DNA of 64,000 nucleotides from Leucoraja ocellata (lineage: Eukaryota), in NCBI GenBank assembly GCA_036785375.1, contig JAWMAR010000406.1, positions 1,116,001-1,180,000 on the forward strand, given 5' to 3'. Below the pieces are notes generated by a model. That model worked only from the letters and a program-made list of their open reading frames with translations, ran no database searches and was not told the origin of the DNA. Position numbers and translations under genes: made by a program. Shown here piece by piece: positions 1-13,300 of this stretch (positions within the stretch are counted from its first letter, which is position 1; each line of letters begins with the position of its first letter).

Positions 1-1181
1 GATTATGCCTCGAGTGCCAGAAACCAGTTTTGGTTTCCTACTTGCCCAAGAGGGCATGCAACAAAAGTGCACTTGAATAGGTTAATAGGAGAGTCCATGA
101 TTAGAGAAGGAATATAACAGGCCTATATCTTCCAGAATTTTGAAAACTGAGGTGCATACATATAGAAATTATTAGATCCTGAGAGGGCAAAAGCACAGAT
201 GCTATTTCCCTGGCTCGATTGACTGGAATGAGGGATTATGGCTTCAGGATGAGGTCAGCAATTTAGAAGGGAATGGAAGAAATGACTTCACTCAAAGTGT
301 GCAAGATCTTGATTGAAAACATGTATGCTTGAATGATATTTCGTCATTTCTTTGACTGGATACCATGCAACAAAAAAGCTTATTACTCTACCTTGGTACA
401 TATGACAATAATAACATTAAGCTAAACTAAATCTTAAAGATAGAATAGAAACATAGAAAATAGATGCAGGAGTAGGCCATTCGGCATTTCAAGCCAGCGC
501 CGCCATTCAATATGATCATGGTATATCATCCAAAATCAGTACCCCGTTCTCCCCATATCCCTTGATTCCATTAGCCCAAAGAGCTATCCCACCTCCAAGG
601 AATGTGAGCATTCAATGTGCATTTTCACCAAAGGAATCAAGGCATTTGGAGATGGGCAAGGAAAACAGTGCTGTAAAAGTTCTGCCATAATCATACTGTC
701 AATAATAAAACAATGATAAAAATAACTAAACTAAACCTTAAAGATATCCCACTTCTGAGCGATGTGAGCATTCAATGAGCATTTTCACAAAAGGAATCAA
801 GGCATTTGGATAAAGGCAAGGAAAACAGTGTTGTAAAAGATCTGCCATAATCTTACTGAGTAGTGGACAGGCCTTAAGATTCTCCATGCTCTACTAGCTG
901 CGCCACTGCACTGCCTGTATTTTGATAAGCGTGAACATTTATAGAATTTGATAAGAGACAACCTTTCCTTGGAAAGCGAAATAAAACTGACAGATTCTGG
1001 AAATTTGACATAAAACAGAAATAGCTGCAAACACTGCAGGTCATGCAGCATCTGTGAAAAAAAGAAACAGAAATGACATTTCAGGTCCGAGAATGTTATC
1101 TTTACTTCTCTTTCTGTAGATGCTGTTGGACCTGCAGAGTGTTTCCAGCATTTTCGGTTTGTGATTTGGCTTCTCCTTTAC

Positions 1182-1344
1182 CTTGTCACTGTGCTCCATG
1201 AACTCAGCCAGGTTAAGCAGTGTTTGCGTGACCTCAGCAATGTCCTGGGAAATTAAAGCTTGCTCAATACTTCTGATCAGCTCATCTTGCTGAGATTCAT
1301 GCAGTTCCGACCAACAGGAGAGGAAGGCTGCATTAAACAGGTCC
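1182..1344 (-). CDS. mtor: mTOR exon 27 (163 nt), last exon in window
   Basis: [54 protein letters not shown]; tacag / gtaaag. Confidence 0.96.
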
Positions 1345-4300
1345 CTGTATTACAAGAAAGTCCAAAACGTTAACATGTAGTGAGAAAAACAAATATCAAA
1401 ATATTTGTTCACTATAATTAAAAAATGAAAAATTAGAAATGTAGTTTTAATCAAGCATTTTTTACTTATGCTTACAATACAGGAGACGGCCATTTAACAC
1501 ATGGGGTCCATTCCAGTTCCAAGAGTAGTAATCCCTTTGGTCCCATTAACGTTATCCCTATTTCCTTGTATCCTTCCAAATTTATTTATGACTAATTTAT
1601 TTCCCTTTTACTGTGGGCACTGTGTGGACTGATTACTCTCCAAAGTGGCTAATTTCCCAGTGCAAGCCTAGACAGAGACTGTTAACTGTTCATTCAACGA
1701 TGGACAGCAGTGTCAAAACCAGATCGGACCCAGATTTTTCACTGTGGCTTGGAAACTTTGGCATTTTTTCACCGAAAATATATAATTGCCTTCCCAGACT
1801 GAACCCCCAACCCTATGCTAGCTCATTTTGGCTTAAAAGAAAACATCAGTGCATAAACATTAGCCAAATTACCTCAGGTTCAAAAGCAATAGGGTTCCAC
1901 ATTGGTGCTTAATATTATTGCTTTCTTGTACGAGGTAAAAAAAAACTTACAGCTTCTGAAAAAATTATATTCTCTCATTGACAGCAGAATAATTTGCAAC
2001 GGTTACTACATAGAATATTCCAGAGCAAAGCACTTTAATAGAATAATCACCAATCTAATTCATATGCATGACCCATTTTGCAATTACAACCTCATGAGTT
2101 ATTTGTTGTCATGCAATTGCAAAGAAAGGATTATTTGGAATAATATGAAATTTGGAAAATTAATAATCAGTAAATCTATATAAATGCACAGTATTGGTGA
2201 AAACAAGTTGCTGTATAGTCATTATTATATGTCTTTGTATAAGTTGTCATAACCACATATTTATTCCAAAAACCTCTTAAAATATATATTACCCACAATG
2301 AGAATCTACAAAATCACAATTTTTTTCCCTTTTATTCTTATTTTAGCCAACGTATTTAATTTGTTCTTTAAGCACCAGGATATTTGAATGGTATTACTTT
2401 CATGATTTTCACGGTATTACTTTCATGATTTTCACAAGGCTGTCGACACTGGGGACTCTAATAATACCACTGGGTGTTATGTGGCAGCAACCCAAGTCAG
2501 CCCAGGGCAAAGGATTTGAAGGAAATAAAATTAATTCATAACGAAATCCGAAAATTATGGTCAGCAGATCACGCAGCTTCAGTAGAAAGAGAAATAAAGG
2601 GATTTTGACCTAAAATGGTAACTCTGTTTCCCTTTCCACAAATATTGTCTGACCTGTTAATATTTTGGACATTTTGTTTCTATTTCAGATTTCCAATATC
2701 CGCAGTTTTTACATTTTCAAATTAACTCCACAGTTGATTTTTTTTCAAATATAGGAAACTCTCGAATTAAGAAATGAAAATACGTGAAGCGAGGAAATTT
2801 ATGAAATTATTTCTGCATCATTTTGAACAAAAGAATATAAGTGCAAGAGGAACCCACTCAACCCATCAAACCTACCCTGCCATTTTATATAAGAAAGAAC
2901 TGCAGATGCTGGAACAATTGAAGGTAGACAAAAAATGCTGGAGAAACCTAGCAGGTGAGGCAGCATCTATGGAGAGAAGGTATAGGCGACGTTTCGGGCG
3001 TGTCCAAAGTCATGAGGAGCACACATGAGGTAAAAAGCCACAATCTTTACGCCAAGGTAGAGGAGTATAAAACTCAAGGGCATAAGATTTAAGATGAGAG
3101 GAGAAGGATTTAAGTGACGGAAGGGGTAACTTTCTCATGCAGAGAATAGTGCATACTTGGAATGAGCTGCCAGAGGAAGTGGCAAAATACAATTACAACT
3201 ACTACATTTAATAGACATTTAGATAGGTACATGGACAAAATGTTTGGAGGGTTATGGGCTAGCCAATGACAAGTGGGGCTAGATCAGTTAGGCAATTGTT
3301 TTATAATCTGACATAAATGTCTCAGATTTACTCTTTTCTCTTGCTAACAAATGTTTAAGTGCATGTTATTTGTAAGGAAGTGGGGAGATCACTGATAATG
3401 GAAAATCAGTTAGTGTCATCTCTGGTGATTGGTTCAGTCTGATCACAATCTTCATTGGGGATCACTTGGGCCCCGAGGAATATCTCTAGTTCTGAGGTGG
3501 GCAAGAATCATTTGAGGGATCCACTGATTCTGCCACAAGTGGACTTGTTTATGCATGATACCTGGCATTGAGAGTCAAGGACTTCAGTGCCTTCCCATAT
3601 ATCGTTACTTCACATTGAGCTGTTGTGTGCCAGGGCCACACACGTCAGTGAGGATGTAACACTCCTCCCAGGAGATACTGAGAACATCCTTGAAACATTT
3701 TCTCTGCCCTCTGATGTGCATCAATGTGAAAATGTTGATTTAAGGAATGCCAATTAAATATTTGATCTGCATTTATGATCTACTATTTGGCAATAAGTTT
3801 TTAAAAAAAAGAGGATTTTTACCTGGCCAAGGGGTTGTAGGCCTGAGCAAGCGGCCAACATGAGCGGAGTGCAGGTGATGGGGATTCTTTCAGTAATTCC
3901 ACGCTGAGTCGCCTCAGCCATTCCATCCAGTCATCTTTAGAGACTCTCCTGGCTGCTCCCCATGCCTGAAACAGAAGCATAACTGCTTACAATTGCTCCT
4001 TTGTGACACATTTTCAAGCAGTTGAGTGTAGCAGTTTGGGCAGGTACTGGCTAACTCATTACTGTGGACTATGAATTTTATTAATGAAAGAGCCAATTGA
4101 AACGTTAGCTACTATCAAAGATACAATTAAATGAAACTGTTAATGCCTGCTTCATAATAGTGAACAAAGGAATGCCATGAATGTATTGGCATTCATCTGT
4201 TAATAAACACCCTCTAAACCATTCATCTTAAAAACATGATTGTTGTTTCTAATTAGTGGCAGGTATTTCTATGGAAATTAATAAAATTACAGGCGCCATT

Positions 4301-7300
4301 GTAATATAGTACTAATCCCCCTACATCACAAGAAATGCTCACCTCTTGCTGAAGGATGTATATAGTGGCATTAAATACAAGCAAGTCAGTACAGCCAATC
4401 TCTTGCAAATGGATAAAAATAGCCTAAAAACACCATACAAACAACTGACAAATAACAGATTTTTATATAACGTCATTAATCAGGAGAAATATGGTCGATC
4501 ACCTGCATCCACTTTATAAGTTGTAGGAGCAGAATTAGGCCATTAGGCCCACCAGGTCTACACCGCCATTCAATCACGGCTGATCTATCTTTCCCTCTCA
4601 ATCCATTCTCCTGCCTTCTCCCCATAACCCCCGACACCCATACTAATCAAGAATCTATCAATCTCCACCTTAAAAATATCCATTGACTTGGCCTACACAA
4701 CCTTCTGTGGCAATGAATTCCAGATTCACCACCCGCTGACTAAAGACATTCCTCCTCATCTCCTCACTTCAGAGCTTAGACGGGCTTAATGTAATACCCC
4801 ACGGGAAAGCACGCCCTCAGAGCTGTACTAGAGTGTGAGCTTTGATTTTATTGTATAAGATATTTGGAGTATGGTTTGAAACCACCATCCGAATCAATCA
4901 TTGACAAATCTGCCAAGAAATAAGCCATGACCGAATTAATCTATGAGGGAGCGGGGTAGGAGCAGGCTTGTGCAATGCCTGGACCATTTGCATTCAAAGG
5001 CTTGCTTCTATGATTTATGTGTGTGATTCATGTGTGGTAACATTATGATACGTTCCGGCTCTGAAAGTAGTATATATTTCTTTGGTTTCATTGTCATTTC
5101 ATTGTAGCAATAAATAATGTGAACAATACCTTGCATGGTAATCAGCAGAAATTAATGTTATTTGCCCAACATTGCTCTTAGCAAGTATCTGTAGCGGCAC
5201 ATTGTCATAACTAAGGCCTATTTCAACAGTCTTTTATAGGGTCATAAATTATCATAATTTCACATTACATAGACATATGCATAGACTACCAAGAGAGTTA
5301 GAAAAAGTTAACATTTGATTTACAAGTTGCTAATTACTTGTTTTAATACGGTTTTGACATTTACATGTTGCCATGAGTACTTAAATGACACTATAGATGT
5401 GACACTAAAGATCTGAACAAGATTTCATGAAATGTTTCTGCAATTTGCATTGACAATTACGGCTTGTTCTGATGCCCAAAGTACATGTTGATTAAACTGT
5501 CATAACCTTGAAGGGAACAAACTATTTCTGCTTCAACTTTACATGAAAGATGACTGAACCAAAGATGTACATCTTACGAGAATAAAAGCAGTGTTATGCT
5601 GTCATTCATTAAGATGCACGTAACATGCTCTATGAGGTGCTGGCAAGGCCACATTTGGAATATTGTGAACAGTTTTGGGCACCATATCTGAGGAAGGATG
5701 TGCTGGCTCTGGAGAGGGTCCAGAGGAGATTTACAAGAATGATCCCAGGAATGAGTAGGTTGACCTATGATGAGCGTTTGTCGGCATTAGGCCTGTACTC
5801 GCTGGTGTTTAGAAGAATGAAGGGAGACCTCATTGAAACATACAAAATAGTGAAAGGCTTGGATAGAGTGGATGTGGAGGAGATGTTTTAGGAAGGAGAT
5901 GAGGAGAAATTTATTTCATCAGAGGCTGGTGGAATTCTTTGCTTCAGAATTATTTGCCACAGAAGGCTGTGGAGGCAAAGTCAGTGGATATTTTTAAGGT
6001 AGAGATGGGTAGATTTTTAATTAGTAGAGGTGTCAGAGGTTATGAGGAGAAGGCAGAATGGGGTTAGGAGAGAGAGATAGATCAGCCATGATTGAATGGC
6101 AAAGTAGACTTGATGGGCCGAATGGCCCATTCCTTATGACCTTAATGCACAGAGTTAAAATGATGTACTGATTTTATTTTTAACCATGGACAAACCTTCT
6201 GCAGATTGGTGGTGCTGACGTGTAATTTCTTCATCGGTCCAGTCTCCACAGGTCCACTTGATAGCTTGTCACCTTGATTGCCCCGTGAATTCCGATGTTG
6301 AAAAATTATAGGATCCTCCTCTTCTTCAGCCAACGTGTAACCCTATTGTGCACAAATTAGTTTTAATAATTTCCTTCACAGTGGAAACAGAATTCAGATT
6401 TTTTGTTTGACTATTCCCAGTACAATTGAAGATTAGGCAACATACCTAGGTCCAGTTTTTGGCCAGTATAATTGAAGATACTGCAATATACATAGGATTA
6501 GGATATTAACTCACCCATTGCTTTGTAAGTGTATAAGGAGTATAAAATCATGAGAGGAATAGATCAGGTAGACGCACAGAGTCTCTTGCCCAGAGTAGGG
6601 GATTCGGGAACCAAAGGATATAGGTTTACGGTGAAGTGCTGAAGAATTCAAGGGTATAGAAATCTCTTTTGATGACCACACCAACTAAATTTTAAAACTA
6701 AGCTTAAGTGAAAGAGGTTCAGTGCTGTGCAAATAAAATGGTGATATATCTCCGAGTCAAAATAGTAAGTAGCCTGGAGGGAAACCTACATCTTGCACCT
6801 GCTACCCTTACCCTGTTGGATGGGAGATGTTGCAGATTTTGGGCTGGAAGCAAAAGCCCAAGCAGTGGAGGACTACAAACTTAAAAGAGGAGCTAAATCT
6901 AAGTTTACCTTTACAATGCGACATATTAACACATCGTAGCGTTGATGGTTTATCCTGTGGCGGATCATCACCTTATTCACCATGGGAATAAATATCTGAT
7001 ACTGAAAAATATACAAGAATGCATCATTAGAATCAAGCAATGGCTTTGTTTACCATTGATTACTCACATTTCCTTTAATGGATAAATGTTCAATTATGAT
7101 TATCTGTTACTGTTTGCTACAAAATGCAATGAAACAGTAGTTAGAATTTGCTACTTTAATAAGTTACATATATGATGAATAAAACGACCTTGCAGTGTCA
7201 GGCTTGGATGAGGTAGCAACATTCTTCCCTTTGAGTCATTAGGTTGTTAGTCCATTCCAAAAATGAGCACACGAATCAAAATGTGCATGGTATCACACCG

Positions 7301-10300
7301 CACGAAAACAGACCCTTTCGCTCAAACTACACCAATCCCCATTATTCCTCTTCCATTCGTATCAACTCCTCTCTTACCACCTAATTCTACTGTCACCCAC
7401 CTAACTACACCAGAGGCAATTTACAAACCCCGTGGCGTGCCTCTGAGGTTTTACAAGGACCTAGCATTCCTCATTTTGACCGAGCCATACAAATGCAAAC
7501 CATGTCATTTCAATAAAGGGCACCTCAAGTGCTTTCAAAAAGGGCAAGGATACGGTTTGTCAGAAGTGAGGTTGGAAGGAGCAGAAAATATGTAGCAAAG
7601 GGCCAGGTAGAGTGTTATTTGCATTACAAGTATTACATTTTAATTATACAAGTTAGAATATTTTAAATTTAGCAAACTTAATAGTGAACTCTAACTTTTA
7701 AAAACGATGGCATTTGTGTTTTGATTATGTCCCACCACCCCAGTCACCCCGACCCATTCCCCTCCTCCATCTGTTCATCTTATGCCCTTCTGATATCAGA
7801 CTATGATCATTTTCCGTTCATCCCCCCTCTTTCTCTGGCCCCTTTCACCGATATCTCGCCCTCCGACTTTACATCTCACCCCTATTCCTATCTACGACCC
7901 TTTGTCTTCTTTTCACCTCTAGCCTTTGCTATCATCTCCATCCATCTGCCAACCACTCGTCACGTATGTATCCACCTGGCACTTGCCAGGCTTTGCCCAA
8001 TCCCACATAGCTTTTCCAGCCTTCTTTCCCCCACTCCATTAATCAGAAGAAGGACCCCCCCCCCCCCCCACCTGAAACGCATCTTTCCATTCCCACCACA
8101 GATGCTGCTTGACCCGCTGAGTTTCTCTAGCACTTGTTTTTGCTCAAGATTCCCACATCTGTCGACTCCTATGTCTCTTTTTTTCCTCTCAAAATGGTTT
8201 CACAAATGAGTACAGGAGATTGAATGGCACCTGGAGAACAGCAAGGGAGGGTGCTCCAGTGTTCTGCCCAATATTTTACGCTCAAATAACATTACAAACA
8301 TTTTGCACTAAGAACCTTTCTTTTCCCTCTCCCCTGACCCTCAGTCTGAAACGTCACCTATTCCTTTTCTCCAGAGATTCTGCCTGACCCGCTGATTTTC
8401 TCCAGCTTTTTGCATCTATCTGAGGAATATCATACTGTTTATTATCACTTTGCTCTTGCAAGTCATTGATGTGCACATGTTGGCTGGTGTATTTCCTGCA
8501 TTACCACTGGAATTGATCTTCAAAGGGCTGATATTAGCTGAAAAAATCATTGGGGATCTCTGATGACAATAAGCAGCCAAATAAATATCCTTGACACATT
8601 TTCCAAGGTTAGGGAGCTCTCCTCCCAGTATCATATTAAAAATTGCCTATTGTTCACCACTCGTAAACCTATTAACTGATCAAAACACTTTATTATGTGC
8701 AAATTGACAGCTGCATTTTCATAATTTACAGTACTGTGCACTTCAAAAGCCCTTCGTCAGCAGTTTATTTTAGGGTAACCCAGGGTCTCGAAAGATATTA
8801 CAAAAATACAGGACGTTCTTATTTTTCTTCCCTATATTACAAGCGAATGAGTAAGCAACTGATAATTTTGTTTAAATATGATGAAATTAGAATCACAGAA
8901 ACTTTAGGAAAGTGAAGGCCATCCCGCCCATTGTGTTTCTCCTTGAAGAAAATGTGGAACTCAATCTAATGCCAACTTCCAGCAAGAGGCCTGTATGAAT
9001 TTTTTCCTTAATAGTTATACTTTTCTCGTCTCCATTTCACTCTCTCCAGCACAATCATCTCGTTCACATTATATGCTGATAAGGCCTGTATGTCAAACTT
9101 GAGCAATGATTCAATGAAAACGGTATTTTTGAAAGATTGAGCACACATTCATGTCATTAAAAATAAATCAGAAGTCCCGACCGCAGTTTTCTTTCGTAGT
9201 AATGTTTTAAGGGCATATTCTATGTAAATGAATGCCACCTAAAAGTCACCTGAGGCTTTAAATTTATAAAATTTATAACCCACGTCAAATAAAATAACAG
9301 TTAACGAGTACATTCATAGTGGAGGAAATTCCTACTAAATGAAAGGTTACACTTTTAAGCATCATTTAAATTCATTATATGTATAAAAAACTGTCCAGGA
9401 AAATGGATTGAGCTTGCAGTTTTATTCTGCCTCGGCACATTTTATTGAAAATGTTCTGGAGTTCCTCCAGTAAACTGCTTTAGGTGCAGGCATAATCATT
9501 CTAGTTGTAGATAAATACGGCAGCCAGTTTATACAAAGGTCCTTCTGACAATAAGAAAATTAAGATGGTTTTTTAAAAAGTCTTGACTTGAGGAGAAAAG
9601 TTAGTCAAAACACTGGCGCCACAGTGGAGTTGCCTTACAGCGCCAGAGACATAGATTCGAACCTGACTATGGGTGCTGTCTGTAATGAGTTTGTACATTC
9701 CCCTTGTGATCACGTGGGTTTTCTCTGGGTGCTCCGGTTTCCTCCAACATTCCAGACGTGCAGGTTTGTAGGTTAATTGACCAGTGAATTGTCCCCGGTG
9801 TGTAGGATAGAACTAGTGTACGTGTGATCGCTGGTCGATGCAAACTCAGTGGGTGAAAGGGCCTGTTTCCACGATGTATCTCTATACTTAAACTAAACAC
9901 GGAAAAGGCTCTTCAAAAAGTGTAATGACATATTTAAGACTCAGCCACTGGGACAGGAAACGTAACCTCAGTGAGACTTCTGAATCCAAAGACAATGTCA
10001 ACGACAATAGTGCATGAAACATCACCCTGGAACACTTCTGAAATCCAGGAGTGGGGCTCGAGACCATCACCGGCAAATAACCTTAGGAAATGCAATTGTA
10101 CTCTGTTCACATGAAGCCAAATAAAGCAATCCTGATTCCAAAATAAACATCTGCAACAGATTCTCCTAAAAATCGTAATTTAAAACTCATTAGATCATAT
10201 CTAGTGGTGAAAGTTTCAGCATGGAATGTGCTTGTCTTGAGTTTAGTAACCAGCTGAGGTTATGAATCAGTGAATCCCTTTATATACTTAGCCAAGTTTA

Positions 10301-13300
10301 TATCCAGATGCACATCATAATGCTCAGTTTTCAACTGAACTTGTCAGGGATTATCTTTCTTCCTTATTATAATAGAGAATGCAATCAGTCCACCAAACAG
10401 GTCCAATGCCAATTCCAAGTCCCAATCCAAGTCCAAATATATATTATCACATGCACAAGCACAGTGAGGTACAGGGAACATCTTCAGCATCACAGGCACA
10501 ACACACAAAACATAAACCCAAAGGAATGTTACGTATATTAAGGGGAAAAGGGGAACTTGAGAGGAAAAAGACCCCCCCCCCCATAAACCAAGGTGATTTC
10601 ATCTATGTGTGAAGGTGCAGGAGATAGGCAAAGTCTTCGATGAATACTTCTCCTCTGCTTTGACCACAGTGAAAGACATGACGACTAAATGAAGTTGGGA
10701 ACGTTAATGGGGATGTCTTGAGGATAGTCCGTATTACAGTTGTGGAGGTGCTGGATATTCTAAAACTTATGATGGCAGATAAACCTCCCAGTTTTGATTA
10801 GGGATAACCAAGGACACACCATGAGAAACTAGAGAAGAAATTACAAGAACTCTAGCTGAGATGTATGAATCATCGCAAGAAATGGGTGAGGAGCTGGAAG
10901 AGTGCAGAATGGCTAATGTTGTGCCTCTATTTAAGAAGGGCTGTGATGAAAAACCTGGAGAACTATAGACCAGTAACTTGAACATCCATGATAGGAGAGT
11001 TACTGAAGAAGATTCTGAGGGATAAGATATACATGTAATTCCAAAGAATGAGGTTGATTATGGATAATCAGCATGGGTGGGAGATGTCTAATGAATTTGC
11101 TTGTTGTTTGAAGAAGTAACAAAGGAGGTTGATGAGAGCAGAGCTGGAAACATAGTTTACATTTCATTTCCCAGCAAGGCTTTTAATAAGATTCTCTTTT
11201 TTTTTTAATAAGGCAGGTGGCCTGCGACTAGTGGTGTGCCTCAGAGATCGATACCTCTTTGGGATGTCAAACCAGGGCAGGACCAAAGATGGCTTTGGGA
11301 ATGCTGACCTTTATCAATCAGGGTATTGACCATAGAAGTTGGGACTCTATGTTACAGCTGTACATCGCGTTGATGCAGCTGCATTTGGAATATTGTGATC
11401 AGTTTTTGTCACCTTCCGATAGGAAAGATGTCATGAAGTTTGATTGAGTATAGAGAAGATTTACGGGGATGTTACCAGGACTTGACGGCCAGAGCAAATG
11501 GGACGGGTGAAGTAATCCCAAGACAGGAATACAATCTGTTCCATTTCATCTCTTCTAATTTTTCCTGCAACTTATTTTCTTTCACATACTTATCAACCCT
11601 TAAACTTTCACTTGTCATATGTCTACACTAAAACATAATTTACTGTGGACCATTCATCTTCCAGCATGCTTTTGGGATGTGGGATGAACCCAATGCACCC
11701 AGCCAAAACCTGTGTGGTATTGAAGGAAACTTCACACACAAAATAACCAAAGTCAGGAACAAACCCAGCCCCCCCCAGCTGTGAGGCAACAGCATACCCC
11801 GTCTGCCATTCATGGAACAGGTCCAGGCAGCCAACTAAAGCCATAAGCTGCTTCACATTGTGATTTTTCAATCACTTGCACATTGACGTACCAACACTCA
11901 GAGAATGAGAGATCAATCACCAATTTACAGATGTAAGAAAGAACCTCAGATGCTGGTAAAAATCGAAGGTAGACACAAAATGCTGGAGTAACTCAGCGGG
12001 TGAGGCAGCATCTATGTATGGAGAGAAAGAATCGGTGATGTTTTGAGTCGAGACCCTTCTTCAGAATGATTTACAGATAATTTACAGGAGCTATAAATTT
12101 AAGAGACCCTTCTTCAGACAATTTATAGGAACTGGATCAGTCCCGTGGCTCATTCCTTAAAAGCTAGTATAAATATATTGCCATATATTAACTGCAATAT
12201 TTTCAATTTATCACAAGCATCACCACGTACATTGATAGCCCATGAACAGATAAATTGAAAAGATAATGCAAGCCAAATGGATGATTGCTTCATTGTTTCC
12301 ATTCACGCTCAGTTCTCGACACGGATACAAAAGTTACCAATGGATCTCACACAGCTTTTGGCATCCAGAATTGAGGTATTCCCAAATGCAATAAAATAGA
12401 TTCTAGAAATTGAGAAATAAAGCACCACAGATGCTGGAAGTCTAAACAAAAGTGAAATAAAACTGTGCATAATTAACAGATGAGGTAATACCTAGGGGGA
12501 AAAAATGATTTTAACTTTTCAGGTGATGACTATTCATCATCTGGAAAAGTGTGGAAACAGTACGTTTTAAGTTGCAGAGCATGGGAGTGGGAGGAGTATG
12601 ATTGTGATGGGGTGTAAACCATCCTGCACAGGAGACATGTGTAGGAAGGAACTGTAGATGCAGAAACTGTAGTTTACACCGAAGATAGACTAAAATGCTG
12701 GAGTAACTCAGCGGGTCATGCAGCATCTCTGGGGAGAAGGAATGGGTGACGTTTCAGGTCGACCCCTCCTCAGACCTTCTGAAAAAGGGTCTCAACCCGA
12801 AATGTCACCCATCCCTTCTCGCCAGAGATGCTGCTTGCCCTGCTGAGTTACTCCAGCAATTTGTGTCTTATCTTCTGCACAGGAGACAATTGCTTTGAGC
12901 GGGGGAATTGAATATTTGTTGTCTACGACTAACCTGTCTGGAGGAGTGTGAACAAAGGAAAATGAAGGATAGTGGTGAAAAATACTTGTTGGAGATGTGA
13001 TGCACAACACTACATTTGGTGAAATTAGAATGGACTGGATATAATCTCCCAGTCAGAAACAGAGCAAAAGTCTTCTACAAATCTCTTCATTGTCTGTGTT
13101 TTCAACATCATGTACCCTCTCTCACCAGCCTAACCATAAAACCAATATTGACAATGAACAAACTCAATCAAACAAACTTAGATCATACACCATCCCCTAT
13201 AACAAAGATGCCTAATTTTAGTTTTCATTCAACATTTAAGTTCTATAAACAATTAAAAGATATCTCACCGCACATTTCTATTGAGTCTTATGCACCACAG

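Noticed and set aside
7721-8209. 162-aa Pro/Ser/Phe-rich ORF
   Set aside because: Translation of a pyrimidine-rich repeat terminus; no splice or protein-family signal.
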